Assembly: GCA_032128115.1 (NCBI GenBank)
Contig: JAQBHB010000050.1
Coordinates: 1 to 16,461 of the forward strand
From: Deltaproteobacteria bacterium
Lineage (GTDB): Bacteria; Myxococcota_A; UBA9160; SMWR01
Direction: 5' to 3'
Length of the DNA stretch: 16,461 nucleotides
Shown here: one piece after another, positions 10,512 to 16,461 of the stretch
How positions within the stretch are numbered: position 1 is the first letter of the stretch
Layout of the letters: each line of letters opens with the position of its first letter
Translations under genes and position numbers: made by a program
The notes under the pieces: model-generated
The model's database searches: none
The model's input: the letters and a program-made list of their open reading frames with translations, nothing else
Told to the model about the DNA's origin: nothing

Positions 10512-10733
10512 TCAGCGAGCCCGCAAGCGCTCCAGCACCTCGTCGTCGCTGGGGAAGCGACCCTCGTCGTGCTTGGAGAAGATCAGCTCCCCGTCGGCAA
10601 TCACGTCGAAGACGCCGGCGTCACCGCGAACCAGTTCCGGCTCGAAGTGAAGCTCCCCACTGATCCTGGCCGCCAGACCGGTGGCCCGAGGAAGGTAGTT
10701 TCAGCGAACGCAGTACTTGATGGAAACGTGCAT
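10512..10733 (-). CDS. SelT/SelW/SelH (Rdx) family selenoprotein, 73 aa, Sec at codon 11 (TGA at 10703-10701)
   Basis: GGAGG (10745-10741) lies 7 nt before ATG 10733. Translation: MHVSIKYCVR-U-NYLPRATGLAARISGELHFEPELVRGDAGVFDVIADGELIFSKHDEGRFPSDDEVLERLRAR*. Rdx hallmarks lie on both sides of the UGA: I.YCxxU.Y..RA..LA, G..G.FDV..DG.LIFSK...GRFP. Confidence 0.93.
10665..10691 (-). promoter_or_regulatory. Putative bacterial SECIS hairpin
   Basis: The mRNA from 10 nt after the UGA reads CCU-CG-GGCC-A-CC-GGUCU-GG-C-GGCC-AGG and can fold into a stem-loop. Its apical GGUCUG matches the apical sequence of the E. coli fdhF SECIS as recalled (GCA GGU CUG CAC). Confidence 0.7.
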
Positions 10734-10764
10734 GCGACATCCTCCGGAACCGGTGGACCCTCAC

Positions 10765-11808
10765 TCACCGTAACGCGTAGTCCAACAGACGCTCGACGGC
10801 GGCGCCGCCGAGCCACGAGCCCAGACCCAGGGCGACGTAGAGTCCGAATCGCAACAGGCTGCCCGTGTCGAAGGGCCACTCGCGAACCCCCTCGATGCGC
10901 GTCTCCAACGCCAGCAGGCCCGGCAACCGCGCTACGTCGTCCTGCGCCGCGCGCCCCTCGCGAATCGCCAGATCGCTGGCGCGGATCGCACTGCGCACGG
11001 CGAGGAGCCGCACGCTCTTCTCCTGCCGGATCCGATCCCGAATGCCGCCCACCGGGAGCAACAGGGCCGCAGTGGCCGTGACGATGAGCGCCACCATCGC
11101 GATGGCGGTGGATTCCGCGGAGATGAGCTTCACCCCCACCAGGGGCAAGACGATCACGAGAAAGATCACGGCGAGCAGGGCGCTCAACAGGCCCTGCCGC
11201 ACGAAGGGGGCATAGGGTGCCTGGTCGAACACGTCGATGGATCCGATCGCCACGGCAAGCCGGGATACTCCGATGGCGTCGACGACCACCGCGTGGATGA
11301 AGCGACCCGTGAGCCAACCGATCACAGGCACGAAGAACCAGTCCCAGGCATGGGTGAGCGTCCAGTAGCTCGATTCGAGCAGCACACTTCCCGTCGGCAA
11401 CACCATGAACATCAACGGCAGGGTCACGCAGCCGATGACGCCGGCAAAGACCCCAGCGCGTCGGCGATGAGCGTCTTCGAGCGCGCCCGCCCCCGCGTCG
11501 GGGGGCAGCAGGGACGACAGTTCGTCCAGATGGCGACGAGTCCAGCGCGCCAGGTAGACCTGCGCTGCCGGCAGGAACCCAAGCAACAGGGCATTCACGG
11601 TGGTGATGCGGTAGTGCATCGTCATGTGGGAGTCGACCGGGAAGAGGCTCGCCGCCAGGGATCCCGTCGCCGCCCCCACTCCGAAGTAGGCCGCCAGGAC
11701 CAGCGTCGAGATCCCGGCGCCTGCCCACGCCGGCGACACCGGCAGGGCATCGAAGAGCCGGGCACTCCAGGGCATTGCGAGCGACGGGGCGACCTCGGCG
11801 CGGGCCAT
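10765..11808 (-). CDS. Hypothetical polytopic membrane protein (about 7 TM, C-terminal REWPFD motif)
   Basis: ATG 11808 is preceded by TATAGT-N7. Several hydrophobic helices and the C-terminal ETRIEGVREWPFD. The ORF-track extension to 12726 overlaps other genes. Confidence 0.8.
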   Translation of the reverse strand: MARAEVAPSLAMPWSARLFDALPVSPAWAGAGISTLVLAAYFGVGAATGSLAASLFPVDSHMTMHYRITTVNALLLGFLPAAQVYLARWTRRHLDELSSLLPPDAGAGALEDAHRRRAGVFAGVIGCVTLPLMFMVLPTGSVLLESSYWTLTHAWDWFFVPVIGWLTGRFIHAVVVDAIGVSRLAVAIGSIDVFDQAPYAPFVRQGLLSALLAVIFLVIVLPLVGVKLISAESTAIAMVALIVTATAALLLPVGGIRDRIRQEKSVRLLAVRSAIRASDLAIREGRAAQDDVARLPGLLALETRIEGVREWPFDTGSLLRFGLYVALGLGSWLGGAAVERLLDYALR

Positions 11809-11821
11809 GGCAGCGACTATA
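11809..11821 (-). promoter_or_regulatory. -10 element for a probable leaderless transcript
   Basis: Minus strand TATAGT (11821-11816), then cgctgcc, then ATG 11808. No Shine-Dalgarno sequence. The hexamer contains the TAG stop of the upstream GNAT gene. Confidence 0.55.
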
Positions 11822-12251
11822 CCGCCGCGGGTCTGCCGGGCGGCAACAGCTTGCCGAGGCTGATGCGTTCTTCCACGCAATAGCCCAGACGCTCGTAGAA
11901 ACCGACTGCCTCGGGTGTGCTGGCGCGCACCTGCAGATTCAGTTTGGGGCACCCCCGCTCGGCGAGCAGCATTTCGGCCCGGGCGAGCAATGCCGCTCCC
12001 ACGCCGCGGCGCCGCACGTGGGGGGCTACCGCCACCAGATGGAGCCAGCCGCGATGACCATCGAAACCCGCCATGGCGGTACCCACCAGCTCCCCGTCGG
12101 CCACGGCCACCAGGAAGAGTTCGGGCTGGGTTCCCCGCTTGCGCTCGATGTCGAGCAGCGGGTCGTTGCGCGCCGGCGCGTCCGGGAAGACCGTGCGCCA
12201 GAGGGCCGCCACCGGATCCCGGTCTTCGTCGCGATACGATCGGATTTCCAC
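11817..12251 (-). CDS. ypeA: GNAT acetyltransferase, YpeA-like
   Basis: MEIR.Y...D...V.ALW, NDP..DIERK....PELFLVA, VGTAMAGFDGHRGWL..VAV.P..RRRG, GCPKLNLQVR and GFYERLGY..EERISLGK closely follow the YpeA pattern. GTG start. Confidence 0.88.
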   Translation of the reverse strand: MEIRSYRDEDRDPVAALWRTVFPDAPARNDPLLDIERKRGTQPELFLVAVADGELVGTAMAGFDGHRGWLHLVAVAPHVRRRGVGAALLARAEMLLAERGCPKLNLQVRASTPEAVGFYERLGYCVEERISLGKLLPPGRPAAV

Positions 12252-12253
12252 AG

Positions 12254-12289
12254 CGACCCCACCGACCCCACCGACCCCGCCGACCCCAC
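12254..12289. repeat. Four tandem copies of a 9-bp unit (CGACCCC[A/G]C), giving four GGGG runs on the minus strand
   Basis: Copies start at 12254, 12263, 12272 (one mismatch) and 12281. Confidence 0.92.
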
Positions 12290-12523
12290 GCGCCCTTCGG
12301 TGCCTGTTGACTCCCGGAAGTCCGATTGCTCATGCTCTCCGGCGGGGCCCATCGGGGATGGAACCAGGGGCGCCAACGCACTGCAAGGGAGACCGTCGCA
12401 TGCGGGAGGAACGACGCGAACCGGAGTGGTCTTCGGCATGATCGAGAACCCCGACTAATTTCCCCGGAGTGCCACGCGCTGGGAGTTCCCCGAAGCGGGC
12501 AGAGCCGGCGAGAAGGAGAAACC

Positions 12524-12826
12524 ATGAACAAGACGACTCGGCAGCGGCTCGCATCCGGCGTGCTGGCGGTGCTTGCGGGAGCGGGCTGTGCCGGGGGCGG
12601 CGACACCGTCGTCAGCGGGATCGGCAACAGCGGGAACCTGATCAACTCGCCCCTGTCGGAGCAGGTGGCGCAGATCCTGGTGAAAAGCGACCGGGCGCCC
12701 CGCATCAGCGATGAAGAGCTTCGCACGGTATTCGGGGCAATCCGCCAGCGCGCCCTGGACGGCGAGCTGGATGCCGCGATGGTGCTGTTCCGGGTGGCTT
12801 CGCTGCAGCACGACTCGGACGACTAG
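12524..12826 (+). CDS. Small hypothetical protein, probable lipoprotein (100 aa)
   Basis: RBS AAGGAG then ATG 12524. Basic N-terminus, hydrophobic stretch and lipobox-like GAGC. Confidence 0.7.
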   Translation: MNKTTRQRLASGVLAVLAGAGCAGGGDTVVSGIGNSGNLINSPLSEQVAQILVKSDRAPRISDEELRTVFGAIRQRALDGELDAAMVLFRVASLQHDSDD

Positions 12827-12835
12827 AGGCAAGCC

Positions 12836-13222
12836 TCAGGAACGTCGTTGCGCCCGATCCAGACTCCACATCCCCGGGCCCTTTGCGGCGATGAACAGGA
12901 ACACGAAGCAATACAGGACCGCAAGCTCGCCCTTGTTCAGCATCGGGTGGTAGTGCTGGAGACCGTGATACATCCAGTAGGCCACCGCCATCTGGCCGGA
13001 GCTGAGGAAGGCCGCCCAGCGGGTGAAGAAGCCCACCGCGATCAGGGCACCCCCCACCAGCTCGATCAGCGCTGCCGCCAACATCAGCGGCTCCAGGTTT
13101 CCCGGGCCGGAGGCCGGAAAGTCCAGGAGCTTCTGGGAACCGTGGGACAGGAACAGCAGCCCCGCAGTGATCCGCAGCAGCGCGTAGATCTGGCCTTCGT
13201 AGGATTTCAGGAATGTCGTCAT
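12836..13222 (-). CDS. DoxX family membrane protein
   Basis: Motifs LLRI.AGLLF.SHG.QKL, ELVGG.LI..GFFTR.AAFL.SG.MAVAYW..H, P..NKGELAVLYCF.FL.IA..GPG.WSLD. Confidence 0.93.
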   Translation of the reverse strand: MTTFLKSYEGQIYALLRITAGLLFLSHGSQKLLDFPASGPGNLEPLMLAAALIELVGGALIAVGFFTRWAAFLSSGQMAVAYWMYHGLQHYHPMLNKGELAVLYCFVFLFIAAKGPGMWSLDRAQRRS

Positions 13223-13271
13223 GTTCGGGCCCCCCATCTCACAGCAGTGAAGGCGATCCTGGCGCCTATCA

Positions 13272-13499
13272 TCAACCCACCAGGCGAGTGGCGGTGATCA
13301 AGAACCCCACTCCCGCGCCACCCACGGCGCCACCCAGAATCCGTCGCGCGGCCGACCAGTCGCCGCTCAGGAACACGTAGCCTGCAACCGCGCCCAGGAG
13401 CGTCGATCCGATCAAGGCGCCACTGAGCACCGGGTGACGGGCCAGGGCCGCAAGCCACGCGGGGCGCCGGGATCCCGGGGGCGGAAATGCATCGCTCAT
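13272..13499 (-). CDS. Small hypothetical membrane protein (2 TM)
   Basis: 75-aa ORF with two Gly-rich hydrophobic helices. Fills the gap between DUF427 and DoxX in the same orientation. Confidence 0.65.
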   Translation of the reverse strand: MSDAFPPPGSRRPAWLAALARHPVLSGALIGSTLLGAVAGYVFLSGDWSAARRILGGAVGGAGVGFLITATRLVG

Positions 13500-13511
13500 G
13501 GCGCGGACCGG

Positions 13512-13880
13512 TCAGTCCCAGTCAACGCGATCGGGATAGAAGGACACGTATCCCGCCAACTCCGCCACCTGCTCGAACGGATCGTCGTAGCCCCAGACCA
13601 GATTCTCCTCGACCCGATCGCCGAGTCGAAGCGTCCAGTACGAGGCATCCCCCTTGAAGGGACAAAAGGTCGTGTGGCGGCTGGCCTCGAGCAGGTCGAA
13701 GCGCACGTCGTCGCGGGGGAAGTACATCACCGGATCGTGCTTCGTCTCGAGCACACGCACGGCGCGCTCGCTGTCGGCGATCACCTGGCCGGCCACCGTC
13801 GCGCGAACGCGCTGGGGGTGGGGCGCAAGGTCCACCCGATAGTCTGGAAATTTCGCGTAGAGCGACTCGCGGCTGGCCAT
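13512..13880 (-). CDS. DUF427 domain protein
   Basis: RBS GGAGG before ATG 13880. Motifs VIADS.RA..V.ET...P..YFPR.DV, T.CPFKG.ASYW and W.Y..P......LAGYVSFY. Confidence 0.92.
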   Translation of the reverse strand: MASRESLYAKFPDYRVDLAPHPQRVRATVAGQVIADSERAVRVLETKHDPVMYFPRDDVRFDLLEASRHTTFCPFKGDASYWTLRLGDRVEENLVWGYDDPFEQVAELAGYVSFYPDRVDWD

Positions 13881-13933
13881 GGGCGAACCCTCCCGGGATG
13901 CAGGGTATCGCGAAGGCGGCCGCAAGCGCGCGG

Positions 13934-13960
13934 AAAAGGCGCCGGGCAGTACCCGGCGCC
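13934..13960 (-). terminator. Probable intrinsic terminator of the EF-hand gene
   Basis: Minus strand GGCGCCGGG-tactg-CCCGGCGCC-TTTT: a 9-bp GC stem, 5-nt loop and short U tract, 16 nt after the stop at 13977. Confidence 0.65.
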
Positions 13961-13976
13961 CCCCGCGCGACTCAGG

Positions 13977-14465
13977 CTATTCGGGCTGGGCTTCTCCCGG
14001 GTCCGGTCCGTGACCCGGTCCTTCGCCCCCGCCGTGGCCGCGCCCTCTGTGCTTGCCTCTGCCGGGCCCGGAGTGCTCCTCACGCCCCTCGCGGGCAGCT
14101 TTCCGCTCGTCGCCACGCAGCTCCCCGTCGCCATCGGCGTCGTACCGCTCGAGTGCCTTCTGGTGCATGGAGTCGCGCATGGCGCTGCGCTCATCGGGCG
14201 AGAGCTTGCCATCGCCATCGGCGTCGAACCTGCCCAGGTGCTCCTCGTGGCGCGCCCGGCGTTCCGCGCGGCGAGCTTCATTCGCCAGGTTGCGCTCGGC
14301 TGCCGACAGGCTGCCGTCGCCGTCCGTGTCGAACTGCTCGAGGATCCCAGCGCGCCGGCTCTCGGGCGTGTCGTTGTCCTCTGCGCTCGCGAGTCCGGCC
14401 CCCGCCACCAGCGCGAGCGCCGGCAGCAGCCAGGAGAGTGCAAACGATGTCTTCTTCAGGGTCAT
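13977..14465 (-). CDS. Exported EF-hand calcium-binding protein
   Basis: Signal peptide ending ASA. Three EF loops (DTDGDGSLSAAE, DADGDGKLSPDE, DADGDGELRGDE) and a Gly/His-rich tail. Confidence 0.88.
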   Translation of the reverse strand: MTLKKTSFALSWLLPALALVAGAGLASAEDNDTPESRRAGILEQFDTDGDGSLSAAERNLANEARRAERRARHEEHLGRFDADGDGKLSPDERSAMRDSMHQKALERYDADGDGELRGDERKAAREGREEHSGPGRGKHRGRGHGGGEGPGHGPDPGEAQPE

Positions 14466-14510
14466 GGGAATACCTCTTTGCGGCGTGGGAAGGTGTCGCC
14501 GTCCGGTAGG

Positions 14511-14538
14511 TAGAACCCCCCAGATCGCCTGGGGTTGC
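14511..14538 (-). promoter_or_regulatory. Possible ECF sigma-type promoter for the EF-hand gene
   Basis: Minus strand GCAACC-N16-GTTCTA, ending 45 nt upstream of ATG 14465. An AAC-containing -35 is typical of ECF promoters. Confidence 0.35.
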
Positions 14539-14595
14539 GCTGGGATCCGGAAAACCCTCCCCCGTGGGGAGACTCCGGATCGGCCGCCTCGAGGC

Positions 14596-15066
14596 CTAGT
14601 CGGCGTTGTTCTCGGGCTCGTCGGACCCGCCTTTCAGATGCAGGAACGTGCGCTCCAGGAAGCGGACCCCCAGAAGGATCGCCACCGTCACGAGCGTCAG
14701 GGCCACGGCCTCCCCCGGACGAGACAGGCCGATGCTGGCGCCGATGGCGGCCAGCATCCAGACCACGGCGGCCGAGGTCACCCCGATCACGAAGCCGCCG
14801 CGCGCCAGGATCACGCCCGCACCCAGGAATCCGATTCCCGTCACCACCTGCCCAAGCACACGCGAGGGATCGGCAGTGGCGGGGTCGAAGCTGGCCCCGA
14901 GCTTCACGAAGACCTCCGTGCCCAGGCAGATCAGGATCGAGGTTCGGATGCCGATGGGCTTGCCGCGCATCTGACGCTCGAGACCGATGAGCCCGCCGCA
15001 GCCGATGGCCACGGCGATCTCGACCCAGAATGAAGTGGTCAGCTCGGCTGGAAACCAGGCCGGCAA
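14596..15066 (-). CDS. MgtC/SapB family membrane protein (short form without C-terminal soluble domain)
   Basis: Motifs GGLIGLERQ.RGKP.G.RT..LI.LG, DPSRV.GQVVTGIGFLGAGVI and G.TSAA..W..AAIG..IG. TTG start at 15066 is tentative. Confidence 0.9.
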   Translation of the reverse strand: MPAWFPAELTTSFWVEIAVAIGCGGLIGLERQMRGKPIGIRTSILICLGTEVFVKLGASFDPATADPSRVLGQVVTGIGFLGAGVILARGGFVIGVTSAAVVWMLAAIGASIGLSRPGEAVALTLVTVAILLGVRFLERTFLHLKGGSDEPENNAD

Positions 15067-15110
15067 CGTTCCCCCCCGCCGCCGAAAACTACCACAGACG
15101 CCCGGCGCGC

Positions 15111-15542
15111 CTACTCGGGCGAGCCGCCTCCCGCGGGCGACACCAGGGGCCCTACCGCGATGAGGCGCGAGTCTTCGAGAGCCGCGGTGCGGTGCACCGC
15201 CACCGCCTGGTAGTCGGGCTTCGACACCATCTCGAGGAAGGCCTGGCGCGACGGATACTCCACCAGAACCGCGTCGTCCCACGTCTCGCCCTCGGGCGCG
15301 ATCAGCGACATCTGCACCGGCGCCAGCCACACGGGACGACCGCCCGCGTCCGCCACCTTCTGGAGAGCCACCGCGGCGTAGCGCGCATAGGCCTCGCGCC
15401 CCGTGCAGGGCGCGGCCCCGCTCCCGTCGGGATACCCGGCGTGCTCCCGGTAGCGGAGCAGGTTGATCATGAAGATCGGGCCCTCGTGTTCCGACGCGAC
15501 GAATTCCTGGATCTGTTGCGGCAGGGGTTCGATCGATGCCAC
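15111..15542 (-). CDS. DUF1330 domain protein
   Basis: RBS GAGGAG and GTG start. Motifs GPIFMINLLRYR..A.Y, TGREAY.RY, WD...LVEYPSR.AF..M...PDYQ....HR.AALEDSRLI. Confidence 0.88.
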   Translation of the reverse strand: MASIEPLPQQIQEFVASEHEGPIFMINLLRYREHAGYPDGSGAAPCTGREAYARYAAVALQKVADAGGRPVWLAPVQMSLIAPEGETWDDAVLVEYPSRQAFLEMVSKPDYQAVAVHRTAALEDSRLIAVGPLVSPAGGGSPE

Positions 15543-15569
15543 GGCATCTCTCCTCGTTGGAATCGCGTC

Positions 15570-15600
15570 AGGCTACCACAGACGGCCTCTGTGGTAGCCT
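15570..15600. promoter_or_regulatory. Perfect 13-bp inverted repeat with 5-nt spacer between divergent genes
   Basis: AGGCTACCACAGA-cggcc-TCTGTGGTAGCCT. Each arm read outward contains TGTGgTAGCCT, an extended -10-like motif. Confidence 0.75.
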
Positions 15601-15631
15601 CCGCGCCCGACCCTGCGCCCCGGGGAGTCCC

Positions 15632-16069
15632 ATGCTCGACGATCTGCTGGTGAACGAGGACCCGGACAACCGCTGCTTCGGCTGCAGTCCACACAACGAG
15701 AAGGGCCTGGCGCTGCGCTTCGTGCGACGGGAGCCCGGCGTGGTGGAGTGCGCATACACGGCCGAGCCGCACCTGTGCGGCGCTCCCGGTGTGGTGCACG
15801 GCGGCATCCAGGCCACACTGCTCGACGAGGCCATGGGATTCGCGGTGCACGAACAAGTGGGCGAGAAGCTGTGGGTCGTGACCGCTGAACTGCGCCTGCG
15901 CTACCGCGCTCCTGTTCCCGTCGGCGAGCCCCTGGTCGTGCGCGGCCGCTGGCTTCGCTCCGAGGGCAAGGACCACTTCGCGAAGGGGGAGATCCTCGAT
16001 CCCCGGGGACGTCGCGCCACCGTGGCCGAGTCGCGCTGGCGCAGCATCGACCCGCCGCTCCCGAAGTAG
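15632..16069 (+). CDS. PaaI family (hotdog-fold) thioesterase
   Basis: RBS GGGAG then ATG 15632. Motifs CFGCS..N..GL.LRF, G.PG.VHGGI.ATLLDEAMG and VTAEL.LRY..PVP. Confidence 0.92.
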   Translation: MLDDLLVNEDPDNRCFGCSPHNEKGLALRFVRREPGVVECAYTAEPHLCGAPGVVHGGIQATLLDEAMGFAVHEQVGEKLWVVTAELRLRYRAPVPVGEPLVVRGRWLRSEGKDHFAKGEILDPRGRRATVAESRWRSIDPPLPK

Positions 16070-16140
16070 CACCGATCCGCCGGACGAAGGCGGCGCTCCT
16101 GGCTACCTGGCGGGAAGCGAGGTGGCGAAGGCCATGGAAC

Positions 16141-16461
16141 CTAGATTCCCTCGCCCAGTCCGGGGGTCGACTTCTTCACGAGCTGGAGGGTCGGCGATTC
16201 GATCGTGACACGCGTGTACCGGGGCACCGACTCGGTGAGCCAGACGTTGCCGCCGATCACCGAGCCCTCGCCGATCTCCGTGTCACCGCCCAGGATGGTG
16301 GCGTTGGGGTAGATGGTGACATCGTCCATGATGGTGGGATGCCGCTTGGCGCCCAGGTCCCGGCGTCCCGCTTTGTTGGAGAAGGCCGCCAGGGTAACCC
16401 CGTGGTAGAGCTTCACGCGGTCGCCGATCACACAGGTCTCACCGATCACGACGCCGGTGCC
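16141..16461 (-). CDS. cysE: Serine O-acetyltransferase (CysE/EpsC), 3' part
   Basis: [23 protein letters not shown]...[39 protein letters not shown] is the hexapeptide beta-helix of serine acetyltransferases. Confidence 0.9.
   Translation of the reverse strand, partial: GTGVVIGETCVIGDRVKLYHGVTLAAFSNKAGRRDLGAKRHPTIMDDVTIYPNATILGGDTEIGEGSVIGGNVWLTESVPRYTRVTIESPTLQLVKKSTPGLGEGI

Noticed and set aside
10512..10733. Pseudogene interpretation of the internal TGA
   Set aside because: The TGA falls exactly at the CxxU position, the rest of the frame and the RBS are intact, and a SECIS-like hairpin follows.
10765..12726. 653-aa ORF as a single protein
   Set aside because: The N-terminal 305 codons are low-complexity and overlap the YpeA-like gene and the opposite-strand lipoprotein. 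The credible start is ATG 11808.
14596..15330. 244-aa MgtC with long N-terminal extension
   Set aside because: The extension overlaps DUF1330 in another frame. Family similarity begins only near 15040.
16141..16461. Functional link between cysE and the selenoprotein
   Set aside because: They are over 5 kb apart with unrelated genes between, and Sec is made on tRNA-Sec by SelA rather than via CysE.

Overview
GC-rich, gene-dense bacterial chromosomal segment with about 24 CDS and no recognisable rRNA, tRNA, mobile element or CRISPR array. The gene mix suggests a Myxococcota/deltaproteobacteria-like organism (inference only). In order: 5' end of ettA (minus); a TIGR03790-family protein with a Ca-binding tail; a stand-alone molybdopterin oxidoreductase; two convergent methyltransferase-fold genes; a membrane protein; a gamma-glutamylcyclotransferase; a UbiA-like protein; a lipoprotein; a minus-strand run of YpeA-like GNAT, membrane protein, Rdx protein, RimJ/L-like GNAT, DUF899 and EXPERA/EBP; then a small lipoprotein, DoxX, a small membrane protein, DUF427, EF-hand, MgtC/SapB, DUF1330, a PaaI thioesterase and the 3' end of cysE. 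The main result is a gene missing from the ORF track: a 73-aa SelW/Rdx-family selenoprotein (10512-10733, minus) with a CxxU motif, an in-frame UGA, a strong RBS and a SECIS-like hairpin containing GGUCUG. Non-coding features include a perfect 13-bp inverted repeat made of two outward-facing extended -10 motifs, likely leaderless promoters, a G-quadruplex-like repeat abutting a start codon, and several short tandem duplications.
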